Origin: an uncultured Pseudomonadaceae bacterium
Lineage (GTDB): Bacteria; Pseudomonadota; Gammaproteobacteria; Pseudomonadales; Pseudomonadaceae
Assembly: GCA_937876625.1 (NCBI GenBank)
Contig: CALEGN010000311.1
Coordinates: 3,454-67,453, forward strand
Direction: 5' to 3'
Length of the DNA stretch: 64,000 bases
Part shown: piece by piece, positions 55,965 to 64,000 of the stretch
How the letters are laid out: each line of letters starts with the position of its first letter
Position numbering within the stretch: position 1 is the stretch's first letter
Notes under the pieces: model-generated
The model's database searches: none
Seen by the model: only the letters and a program-made list of their open reading frames with translations
What the model was told of the DNA's origin: nothing
Made by a program: the position numbers and the translations under genes

Positions 55965-57587
55965 ATGTTTCTGAACAAATCCCTGCGCCTGCAGATTTTC
56001 AGCCTGGTTGGCACCAGCCTGCTGCTGCTGCTGGCCATTGCCCTGATCAGTGTCCTGTTCCTGTCCGCAGACCTGCAGGCCTACCAGCGACTGCTGGCCG
56101 GTCCCGTACAGGACTCGGCCCTGATCAATGAGGCCAATCTTGAATTCAAGATCCAGGTACAGGAGTGGAAAAACGTGCTGCTCCGGGGCCAGCAGCCGGA
56201 CGGCCTGCACAAATACTGGGGCCAGTTTGAGCAGCAGGAGGCCAGGGTAGAGCGGATCCTCCGCCAGCTGGACAGCCAGCTGGCCACGGGAAATCCCCTG
56301 AAGCCCGGCATCAGCCGCCTGCTGGCCGAGCACCAGCAGCTGGGCCAGGCCTATCGCAAAGGCCGGGCCGACTTTCTGGCTGCCGGCGCTGACCCCCGGG
56401 CCGGAGACCTGGCGGTCAGGGGCATTGACCGCGAAGCCACGGAGCAGATGAGCCAGCTGGTCAGCCAGATTCTGGAACAGAGCCGGCAGCAGGCCCGCGA
56501 TATTGACCAGACAGCAGGCCGGACCCGGCTGTGGACGCTCGGCCTGTTGATCCTGTGCAGCCTGCTGCTGGCCAGTGCCAGCCTGTGGCTGATCAATCAC
56601 CAGCTGATCCGGCCCCTTCAGCGGGTCACCCGGTTTATCGGCCGGCTGGGCGAGGGCCACTTTGACCAGCCCCTGCAGCTGGAGCGCCAAGATGAACTGG
56701 GCCAGCTGGCCCGCTCGGCCAATACCCTGTGCAGGGTACTGGATGACACCTTCCAGCAGCTCCGGCAAAGCATCTCGGCACTGGACACGGCCAGCAGCGG
56801 GCTGAACCAGATTGCCTCGGGCATGAGCAAAGGGTTGCAGGACCAGTTCGAGCGTACGGATCTGGTGGCGACAGCCATGAACGAAATGTCTGCCACCGCC
56901 CAGGAAGTATCCGGCCATGCGGCCCAGGCCGCCGGGGCGGCCGGACAGGCTGACCGTTCTGCCCGCGAAGGCGGACAGGTCATGCAGGCCAGCATCGGAA
57001 CCATGCGGCAGATCCGCAGCGACATTACCCACATGGCCGAAATCCTGAAAAAGCTGGAGCAGGACAGCGAGCGGATTGGCTCGGTCATCGAGGTCATCAG
57101 CAGTATTGCCGACCAGACCAATCTGCTGGCCCTGAATGCGGCCATCGAGGCGGCCCGGGCTGGCGAGCAGGGCCGGGGCTTTGCCGTAGTGGCCGATGAG
57201 GTGCGTACCCTGGCCCGGCGCACAGCCGAGTCCACCGCCGAAATCCAGCAGATCATCGAAGCGGTCCAGGATGGAGCCCGCAATGCCGCCCGGGCCATTG
57301 AACGCGGCCAGGACAGCACGGAAGAGGGTGTCACCCAGATCACGGCCAGTGGCGAGGTGCTGCAGCACATCACCCATGCCATCGAATCCATCCGTGACAT
57401 GAACCAGCAGATCGCCACAGCAGCCGAGGAACAGACGGCCGTCGCCGAGGACATTTCCCGCAATTTGACCCACATTACCGATATTGCGGCGACCAACCAG
57501 AACAGCGTGCAGCAGACGGAAGCTGCCAGCCAGCAGCTGCACCGCCAGTCCGAAGATCTCGGCAATATCATGGCCCGGCTGGGCTGA
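55965..57587 (+). CDS. Transmembrane methyl-accepting chemotaxis protein
   Basis: Two TM segments flank a periplasmic helical sensor. HAMP domain, then an MCP signalling domain ([37 protein letters not shown]). Confidence 0.92.
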   Translation: MFLNKSLRLQIFSLVGTSLLLLLAIALISVLFLSADLQAYQRLLAGPVQDSALINEANLEFKIQVQEWKNVLLRGQQPDGLHKYWGQFEQQEARVERILRQLDSQLATGNPLKPGISRLLAEHQQLGQAYRKGRADFLAAGADPRAGDLAVRGIDREATEQMSQLVSQILEQSRQQARDIDQTAGRTRLWTLGLLILCSLLLASASLWLINHQLIRPLQRVTRFIGRLGEGHFDQPLQLERQDELGQLARSANTLCRVLDDTFQQLRQSISALDTASSGLNQIASGMSKGLQDQFERTDLVATAMNEMSATAQEVSGHAAQAAGAAGQADRSAREGGQVMQASIGTMRQIRSDITHMAEILKKLEQDSERIGSVIEVISSIADQTNLLALNAAIEAARAGEQGRGFAVVADEVRTLARRTAESTAEIQQIIEAVQDGARNAARAIERGQDSTEEGVTQITASGEVLQHITHAIESIRDMNQQIATAAEEQTAVAEDISRNLTHITDIAATNQNSVQQTEAASQQLHRQSEDLGNIMARLG

Positions 57588-57590
57588 AAC

Positions 57591-57617
57591 AAAAAACCCG
57601 GCCGGAGCCGGGTTTTT
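57591..57617. terminator. Bidirectional rho-independent terminator
   Basis: AAAAAA-CCCGGC-CGGA-GCCGGG-TTTTT between the convergent MCP and Tim44-like genes. Confidence 0.8.
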
Positions 57618-57631
57618 CCGGGCCTGAACCC

Positions 57632-58477
57632 TCAGTTCTGGCGGATGCCTGCGATCAGCCAGGGCTGGTTCTGGCCCTGGGCCCGCTCCAGCCGCCAGCT
57701 TTCACTGAAGGGCTCTGCCTGCCCGGCAGCGCCGTCTTTTGACAGGCCACTGAACGTCACGGTGGCCACGGTTTTTTCTGGCAGATCATCCACACCGTCC
57801 AGCTGCACCTGCAGGTTTTCGATCAGGGTGGACTGGCTGCTGCTGTCCTCCTGGCGCTGCCTGCGGAGCAGCTCCAGCATTTGCGGCGTAACAAATTCGG
57901 CAATTTTTGCCATGTCATGGGTATCCCAGTGCTGCTGCAGGGCCATGAAGTGGCTGCGGGCAGCAGCCAGAAAGCGCGGCTCATCAAACCAGGCGGGCGT
58001 CCTGACCGGTGCCAGTCCGGCACTGCCCGACAGCGGCATGGGCCGGGCCGGGGCCTCCTTGGCCAGCGGCACCTGGCCAGCAAAGGCTGGCGGCTGACGG
58101 TACTGGCTGCCCTGCCGGGTCTGGCGACGGCGCATGACCAGGCGGAACACCAGATAGGCCAGCGCAGCGAGGATCAGGACATCCAGAAACTGGAAGCCCT
58201 CGAAACCATCCCCCATAAACAGCGAGGCCAGCAGGCCGCCTGCCGCAATACCGGCCAGCGGCCCCAGCCAGCGGGAAGCACCGCTGCGGGCAGGCGCCGG
58301 CTGGGAATGGGCTGGCTGGGCCAGTGCCTGGTCATTGCGCTGCTGCTGGACCTGGCGGGTCTGGTGGCTGGGTGCGGCACCCATGCTGGTGCCACCGCCA
58401 AAGCGCTTGGCCTGGGCGTCCAGACTCAGCGTCAGGGCAAGGCAGAACGCCATAAAAATACTGAAAAAACGTTGCAT
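57632..58477 (-). CDS. Tim44-like domain membrane protein
   Basis: Signal/TM segments, G-rich linker, and a C-terminal Tim44-like domain (FDEPRFLAAARSHFMALQQHWD...MAKIAEFVTPQM). Confidence 0.75.
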   Translation of the reverse strand: MQRFFSIFMAFCLALTLSLDAQAKRFGGGTSMGAAPSHQTRQVQQQRNDQALAQPAHSQPAPARSGASRWLGPLAGIAAGGLLASLFMGDGFEGFQFLDVLILAALAYLVFRLVMRRRQTRQGSQYRQPPAFAGQVPLAKEAPARPMPLSGSAGLAPVRTPAWFDEPRFLAAARSHFMALQQHWDTHDMAKIAEFVTPQMLELLRRQRQEDSSSQSTLIENLQVQLDGVDDLPEKTVATVTFSGLSKDGAAGQAEPFSESWRLERAQGQNQPWLIAGIRQN

Positions 58478-58639
58478 GACAGTTCCCGTTAAATGAGGTC
58501 ACAAAACCATGGTGCCCGGCCTGCGCCGGAAAAGGCCAGTGCCAAATGTATCGGCTTTTTGCTTCAGTGGCGCATGAGCCCATACCAGAGGCCCCGGGCC
58601 AGGGCTGTCCAGATGGGGCCGTCCGTCTGTAAAAACAAG

Positions 58640-60820
58640 TTACCGTGCTTCCAGCCGGGCATAAGCCAGCATCAGCCATTTCTGGCCTTCAACACCGAAA
58701 TCAACCTGAACCCGGGCCCGCTCGCCCGAACCCTCGAAGTTCAGGATGATGCCCTGGCCAAAAGTGGCGTGCTGCACGCTCTGGCCCAGCCGGAAAGCGG
58801 TTTCCGGTACGGCACAGCCCTTGAAGGCCGAAGCCGTGGCAACCGGAGCAGAACCCGCGGAGGACCGCCCCGCCAGCCGGACCGGCCGGACCAGCTCCGG
58901 CGGAATCTCCCGGATAAAGCGGGAGACCCGGTTACGGTTCTCGCCACCATACAGCCGGCGGGTTTCCGCATGACTGACCACCAGCCGCTGCATGGCCCGG
59001 GTAATACCCACATAGGCCAGCCGCCGCTCCTCCTCCAGCCGGTCGGGCTGCTCCAGACTCTGCTGGTGTGGAAACAGGCCTTCCTCCATGCCAACCAGAA
59101 ACACCAGCGGAAACTCCAGCCCCTTGGCACTGTGCAGGGTCATCAACTGCACGCTGTCGGTCACGCTGTCCGCCTGATGATCCCCGGCCTCCAGTGCCGC
59201 ATGATCCAGAAAAGCACCCAGCAGGGTCTGTCCTTCATCCGGGACCACCTGCTCAAAGGCCCGGGCCGCATTGACCAGTTCGTCCAGGTTTTCTATCCGG
59301 GACTGGGCCTTCTCGCCCTTTTCCTCCCGGTGCCAGGCCAGCAGGCCGGACTGACTGATCACCTCCTGCACCTGGCAGCCCAGTGACTGCCCATCCAGTG
59401 CAGCGGCCAGCCGCTCCACCAGCCCGGCAAAGCCCAGCAGGGCGGCCGCCGTCCGGTTACTGACCAGGCGCTGCCCGATCGCCTGCTGCAGCGAAGTCCA
59501 GAGCGACTGCTGCTGGTCGCGGGCCAGCGTGCGCAGGGTTTCCAGGCTTTTTTCACCAATGCCCCGGGTCGGCAGGTTGATGATCCGCTCCAGGGCAGCA
59601 TCATCATGGCGGCTCTGTACCAGCCGCAAATAGGCCATGGCGTTCTTGATTTCGGCCCGCTCAAAAAAGCGCTGGCCGCCGTAAATCCGGTAGGGCACCT
59701 TTTCCCGCAGCAGGGCCTCCTCCAGCACCCGGGACTGGGCGTTGGAGCGGTACAGGATGGCAATCCCTGACGCCTTCAGGCCATTGCGGATGGCCTGCTG
59801 CAGGCTGTCCACCACATAGCGGGCCTCGTCATACTCGTTATAGGCGGTATAAAGGGCAATCGGCTCGCCTTCGTCATCCTCGGTCCACAGCTCCTTGCCC
59901 AGCCGCTCCCGGTTATGGGCAATCAGGGCATTGGCTGCCTTGAGAATGCGCCCGGTGGAGCGGTAATTCTGCTCCAGCCGGATTACCAGGGCACCCGGAA
60001 AGTCCTGGCTGAACTGGCGGATATTTTCGATTTTTGCCCCGCGCCAGCCATAGATGGACTGGTCATCATCGCCCACGGCCATCAGGCTGGCACAATCTCT
60101 GGCCAGCAGTTTCAGCCAGGCGTACTGCACGCTGTTGGTATCCTGGAACTCGTCAACCAGCAGATGACGGAAGCGCTGCTGATAATGGGCCAGCAGACCG
60201 GGCTGGTTATGCCATAACTCCAGGGCCCGCAGGAGCAGCCCGGCAAAGTCGATCAGCCCGGCCCGCTGGCAGGCCTCCTCATAAGCGGCGTAGATCCGGC
60301 GCTGGGTAGCCAGATACGGGTCGCCCTGGGCCTGGATGTGCCCGGGCCGCCGCCCTTCGTCTTTCTGGCTGTTGATAAACCACTGGGACTGGCGGGCCGG
60401 CCAGCGGCTGTCTTCCAGACCCAGCTCGCGGATGATCCGCTTGACCAGCCGCTGCTGGTCGTCACTGTCGAGAATCTGGAAGTTCTCGGTCAGCCCGGCC
60501 TCCTGCCAGTGGGCGCGCAGCAGGCGGTGGGCCAGCCCGTGAAACGTGCCCACCCACATGCCACGGGGCTCGCTGCCCAGCAGCTCACTGATCCGGCCGC
60601 GCATTTCAGCAGCCGCCTTGTTGGTGAACGTAACCGCCAGAATGCTCCAGGGCGAGGCCTGCTCCTGACTGACCAGCCAGGCGATCCGGTGTACCAGTAC
60701 CCGGGTCTTGCCCGAGCCGGCTCCGGCCAGCACCAGCTGTACGCCGGGCGGCGCCGCTACCGCCTGGCGCTGGGCCGGGTTCAGGTGATCCAGCAGCAGG
60801 GAAACATCATCATTATTCAT
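58640..60820 (-). CDS. uvrD: DNA helicase II
   Basis: Collinear with E. coli UvrD throughout (LAGAGSGKTRVLVHRIAWL, VDEFQDTN, LEQNYRST, LMTLHSAKGLEFP, RRLAYVGITRAM). 726 aa. Confidence 0.97.
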   Translation of the reverse strand: MNNDDVSLLLDHLNPAQRQAVAAPPGVQLVLAGAGSGKTRVLVHRIAWLVSQEQASPWSILAVTFTNKAAAEMRGRISELLGSEPRGMWVGTFHGLAHRLLRAHWQEAGLTENFQILDSDDQQRLVKRIIRELGLEDSRWPARQSQWFINSQKDEGRRPGHIQAQGDPYLATQRRIYAAYEEACQRAGLIDFAGLLLRALELWHNQPGLLAHYQQRFRHLLVDEFQDTNSVQYAWLKLLARDCASLMAVGDDDQSIYGWRGAKIENIRQFSQDFPGALVIRLEQNYRSTGRILKAANALIAHNRERLGKELWTEDDEGEPIALYTAYNEYDEARYVVDSLQQAIRNGLKASGIAILYRSNAQSRVLEEALLREKVPYRIYGGQRFFERAEIKNAMAYLRLVQSRHDDAALERIINLPTRGIGEKSLETLRTLARDQQQSLWTSLQQAIGQRLVSNRTAAALLGFAGLVERLAAALDGQSLGCQVQEVISQSGLLAWHREEKGEKAQSRIENLDELVNAARAFEQVVPDEGQTLLGAFLDHAALEAGDHQADSVTDSVQLMTLHSAKGLEFPLVFLVGMEEGLFPHQQSLEQPDRLEEERRLAYVGITRAMQRLVVSHAETRRLYGGENRNRVSRFIREIPPELVRPVRLAGRSSAGSAPVATASAFKGCAVPETAFRLGQSVQHATFGQGIILNFEGSGERARVQVDFGVEGQKWLMLAYARLEAR

Positions 60821-60835
60821 GTTCAGCCTTTTTCT

Positions 60836-62227
60836 TCAGCCCCGGGTCGTCCCGCCGTCCAGATCGCGCATCAGCAGGGCATAGCGCAGGTCAACATCTT
60901 CCGGAACCGGCAGATAGAGGGTGTGGCCGTCACCGGGAGCCACTTCGCGGCGCTGGCCCTGGCGGTCTTCCAGATGCTCCAGGCGAAACCGCAGGTTGCC
61001 CTGCGGAGTCATCAGCTCCAGCCCGTCGCCAATGGCAAAGCGGTTTTTGATCACCACCTCGGCCAGCCCGCCCCGGCGCTCGCCGGTCAGCTCGCCGACA
61101 AACTGCTGGCGGTCGGACAGGGAATTGCCATGCTCGTAATTCTGGTATTCGTCATGCACATGGCGGCGCAGGAAACCTTCGGTGTAACCCCGGTGCGCCA
61201 GGGATTCCAGGGTATCCATCAGGCTACGGTCAAAGGGCCGGCCAGCCACCGCGTCATCAATGGCCTTGCGGTACACCTGGGCGGTGCGGGCCACATAGTA
61301 GTGGGACTTGGTGCGGCCCTCGATTTTCAGTGAGTGGATACCCATCCGCACCAGCCGCTCCACATGATGTACTGCCCGCAGGTCGCGGGAGTTCATGATG
61401 TAGGTGCCGTGCTCGTCCTCGAAGGCTTCCATGTATTCGCCGGGCCGGCGGGGCTCCTCCAGCAGGAACAGCTGGCGGGTGGGGGCTCCGCTCCCCAGGG
61501 TGGGCTCGACCGGCACCCGGCCGCCATTCGCCGCCGCCGGCCGGTCCTGACCTTCCGGCAGGACAATATGCCCCAGCTCATCTTCCTGGCCGGGCAGGGT
61601 GTTGTATTCCCAGCGGCAGGCATTGGTGCAGCTGCCCTGGTTGGGATCACGGTGATTGAGGTAGCCGGACAGCAGGCAGCGCCCGGAATAGGCCATGCAC
61701 AGGGCGCCATGGACAAACACCTCCAGCTCGATCTCCGGCACCGCGCTGCGGATTTCGCCGATTTCCTCCAGCGACAGCTCCCGGGACAGGATGCAGCGGG
61801 TCAGCCCCTGGCGGCGCCAGAATTCGACGCTGGCCCAGTTTACGGCATTGGCCTGCACCGACAGGTGAACCGCCATCTCCGGGAAGTGCTCGCGGACCAG
61901 CATGATCAGCCCCGGGTCCGACATGATCAGCGCATCCGGGCCCATGGCCACTACCGGCTCCAGATCACGGATAAAGGTTTTCAGCTTGGCGTTGTGGGGG
62001 GCGATGTTGACCACCACGTAAAACTGCCGGCCCAGGGCATGGGCCTCACTGATTCCGGTGGCCAGGTTCTGATGATCAAAATCGTTATTGCGGACCCGCA
62101 GGCTGTAGCGCGGCTGTCCGGCATAAACCGCATCGGCACCATAGGCAAAGGCATAGCGCATGCCTTTCAGGGTACCAGCCGGGGACAAGAGTTCAGGGCG
62201 GAAGAAGGAAGCGGGCATGTGCGACAA
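60836..62227 (-). CDS. yegQ: U32-family peptidase-like protein (YegQ/TrhP-type tRNA hydroxylation factor)
   Basis: PELLSPAGTLKGMRYAFAYGADAVY...FVHGALCMAYSGRCLLS pattern of peptidase U32. 463 aa. Confidence 0.8.
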   Translation of the reverse strand: MSHMPASFFRPELLSPAGTLKGMRYAFAYGADAVYAGQPRYSLRVRNNDFDHQNLATGISEAHALGRQFYVVVNIAPHNAKLKTFIRDLEPVVAMGPDALIMSDPGLIMLVREHFPEMAVHLSVQANAVNWASVEFWRRQGLTRCILSRELSLEEIGEIRSAVPEIELEVFVHGALCMAYSGRCLLSGYLNHRDPNQGSCTNACRWEYNTLPGQEDELGHIVLPEGQDRPAAANGGRVPVEPTLGSGAPTRQLFLLEEPRRPGEYMEAFEDEHGTYIMNSRDLRAVHHVERLVRMGIHSLKIEGRTKSHYYVARTAQVYRKAIDDAVAGRPFDRSLMDTLESLAHRGYTEGFLRRHVHDEYQNYEHGNSLSDRQQFVGELTGERRGGLAEVVIKNRFAIGDGLELMTPQGNLRFRLEHLEDRQGQRREVAPGDGHTLYLPVPEDVDLRYALLMRDLDGGTTRG

Positions 62228-62319
62228 CTCGCGGGACAGTCACGGAATGGCCGATTTTACCGTGATTGCCCATTCTCCGCTGGCCAGCAGCCGGCCAGCG
62301 GAACGCCAGGAGCAGCCGC

Positions 62320-62622
62320 CTACTGGATAAAACGTTGCAGGCGCAGCTGCAGGCGGCGGTTTTCTGCCCGCAGCCGGCTGACCTCATCCAGCAGGTCAAG
62401 GGCCACGGCTACGGCCTGCCAGTCCAGATGCAGCTCATGCTGCAGGCGCATCGCCTGGCGCAGCCGGCCCAGCGCGGCCGTATCAAAGCGCCACTGTTCC
62501 GGACGGGGGCTGTCCGGCTCCACAATGCCGTGCTCGACAATCTCGACCAGGCATTCCGTGGACACCTCCATCAGCTGGCTGCACTCGGCCAGGCTCAGTT
62601 GTACGGTCAGCGTCGTCGTCAT
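62320..62622 (-). CDS. cbpM: Chaperone modulator CbpM (MerR-like)
   Basis: Small protein immediately after cbpA, ATGA-coupled. …[14 protein letters not shown]…WRFD…L.R.R.A.RL..EL.L… is a typical CbpM pattern. Confidence 0.8.
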   Translation of the reverse strand: MTTTLTVQLSLAECSQLMEVSTECLVEIVEHGIVEPDSPRPEQWRFDTAALGRLRQAMRLQHELHLDWQAVAVALDLLDEVSRLRAENRRLQLRLQRFIQ

Positions 62623-63563
62623 GCTTGCTTGCTCCATTGGCTGCGCGGATCAAAAGCGGCGGCCTCACCCAGCTGGCGCCACAGCTCGCGGGTCCTGTCG
62701 TCATTTTTCGGCGGCATCACCACCTTCAGCACGGCATAGAGATCACCGGCGGCCTGGCGGCTCTGCAGCCCCTTGCCCCGGATCCGCAGCCGCTGGCCAG
62801 TCTGGCTGTCCGCCGGAATGCTCAGGCTGATCCGGCCGGACAGGGTGGGCACCTCGACCCTGGCGCCCAGGGCCGCTTCCCAGGGCGCCAGCGGTACCGT
62901 AACCAGCAGGTCATGGCCCTCCACATCAAAGACCGGATGAGGCACCAGCCTGATGATCAGGTACAGGTCTCCACTGGGCCCACCCGCACTGCCGGACGCG
63001 CCCTGCCCCTTGAGACGGATGCGCTCGCCATCCGCTACCCCGGCCGGAATCTTGACGTTCAGGCTCTTGTGCTGGTTATAGCGGCGGCCCTGTTCATCAT
63101 GGGCCGGCAGGCTGTACTCCAGCGGCTTGGTCTGTCCTTCGAGGGTTTCCTCAAGAAACACGGGCAGTTCCAGCTCGATATCCCGGCCACGCCGGGGCTG
63201 GCGCTGGTGCTGGGCACCGGAATGCCCGCCAAAAACCGACTCAAAAAAATCGGAAAAATCACCGCCAAACTGGCCATGCCCACCGGTAAAACCACCGCCA
63301 TGGGCCTGCTGCCAGCCGGGCGGAACCTCGAAGTTCTCCCCCGGCCGCCCATACTGGCGCAACTGGTCATATTCCGCCCGCTTGTCCTTGTCACTCAGGA
63401 CTTCATAAGCCTCGGCCACTTCCTTGAAGCGGTCCTCGGCTCCGGCCTCCTGGTTCATGTCCGGATGGTACTTGCGGGCCAGCCGGCGGTAGGCGGTCTT
63501 GATGGTTTTTTCATCGGCATCTGGCTCGACACCGAGTGTTGCGTAGTAGTCCTTGAATTCCAT
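62619..63563 (-). CDS. cbpA: Curved-DNA-binding DnaJ-like co-chaperone
   Basis: J domain [12 protein letters not shown]...YHPD, no Zn finger, DnaJ C-terminal domains. Start at ATG 63563. Confidence 0.9.
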   Translation of the reverse strand: MEFKDYYATLGVEPDADEKTIKTAYRRLARKYHPDMNQEAGAEDRFKEVAEAYEVLSDKDKRAEYDQLRQYGRPGENFEVPPGWQQAHGGGFTGGHGQFGGDFSDFFESVFGGHSGAQHQRQPRRGRDIELELPVFLEETLEGQTKPLEYSLPAHDEQGRRYNQHKSLNVKIPAGVADGERIRLKGQGASGSAGGPSGDLYLIIRLVPHPVFDVEGHDLLVTVPLAPWEAALGARVEVPTLSGRISLSIPADSQTGQRLRIRGKGLQSRQAAGDLYAVLKVVMPPKNDDRTRELWRQLGEAAAFDPRSQWSKQA

Positions 63564-63662
63564 AGGAACTCCCCGGGTTCTGGATGGCATCCAGTCTAGA
63601 GCCTGTTTTCCGGCCGGTCATCTGCCGGTCACGGCAATCGCCTGACCCGGCAGGCCAGAACG

Positions 63663-64000
63663 TCAGGGATCGCGGTGGCGGATCAGTGAAGGCAAGTAGC
63701 GGCGGCGCAGCAGGTAGCGCAGGATCTCGCCGGTGATCTGCCGCGGCGTCTGCTGCAGCGTACAGATATACAGCTCCGCTGGCCCCGGTACCGCACCGGC
63801 GTCTGCGGTGGCCTCCACATCGAGAAACACCTCAATAAACTCATCCGGGGCCAGCCGGGCCCGGACCTGCTGGCGCTCCCCGCAACAGACCGGAAGGCTG
63901 ATAACAATGACAATCAGCCCAGCATCCACCATCAGGCGCGAAACCTCACCCAACTGGCAGGCCGGGGTCAGACAGCACTCAGTTTTTTCTGCCGGACAGA
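63663..64000 (-). CDS. Adenylyl-sulfate-kinase-like protein, C-terminal part (5' end outside window); divergent
   Basis: GEVSRLMVDAGLIVIVIS...ERQQVRARL..DEFIEVFLDV resembles the CysC block [43 protein letters not shown], but other conserved residues are not evident. The frame stays open to the window edge. Confidence 0.35.
   Translation of the reverse strand, partial: CPAEKTECCLTPACQLGEVSRLMVDAGLIVIVISLPVCCGERQQVRARLAPDEFIEVFLDVEATADAGAVPGPAELYICTLQQTPRQITGEILRYLLRRRYLPSLIRHRDP

Noticed and set aside
1-64000. Scan for tRNA, rRNA, CRISPR arrays, integron attC sites and IS elements other than the Tn7-type ones.
   Set aside because: I found no T-loop (GGTTCGAATCC-type) or cloverleaf candidates, no rRNA-like stretches, no repeat-spacer arrays and no other transposase-like ORFs by eye. 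A tRNAscan or Infernal run would be needed to be certain.

Overview
This is a high-GC gammaproteobacterial chromosome segment. The core gene order resembles Pseudomonadaceae (inference from synteny only): thiI / glnA-ntrB-ntrC / trmL ... glmU-glmR-glmS | glyQ-glyS-gmhB-plsC ... thrB-polA ... uvrD-yegQ-cbpM-cbpA.

The main accessory feature is a 19.2-kb Tn7-family transposon (13664-32868) at the classical attTn7 position, 24 nt after the glmS stop codon, with tnsABCDE reading inward from the glmS-proximal end. The transposon looks immobilised:
- tnsA is split by a nested 1171-bp mini Tn7-like element (14011-15181). It has inverted TGTGGGATGCAAATAAAG termini and a clean 5-bp CATGT target duplication, and carries only a vapBC toxin-antitoxin pair.
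- tnsD carries a frameshift plus an amber codon at a conserved Trp.

The cargo (22796-32452) is a translationally coupled three-gene operon:
- a 1265-aa protein with only a C-terminal PD-(D/E)xK-like motif;
- a 1474-aa protein with a Cap4/DUF4297-like nuclease N-terminus, a STAND/NACHT-like P-loop NTPase and a long helical C-terminus;
- a 480-aa protein I cannot assign.

This operon is my best candidate for an undescribed NLR/Avs-like defence system.

Other points worth a second look:
- a solo Tn7-type end abutting the transposon left end in a near-perfect palindrome;
- a candidate ErsA/Spot42-like sRNA after polA;
- apparent frameshifts in a vWA gene and a PAS-MCP gene;
- an FCY1-type cytosine deaminase;
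- a DUF2388 gene triplet.

I found no rRNA, tRNA or CRISPR array. Many long antisense ORFs in the track are GC-driven artefacts.
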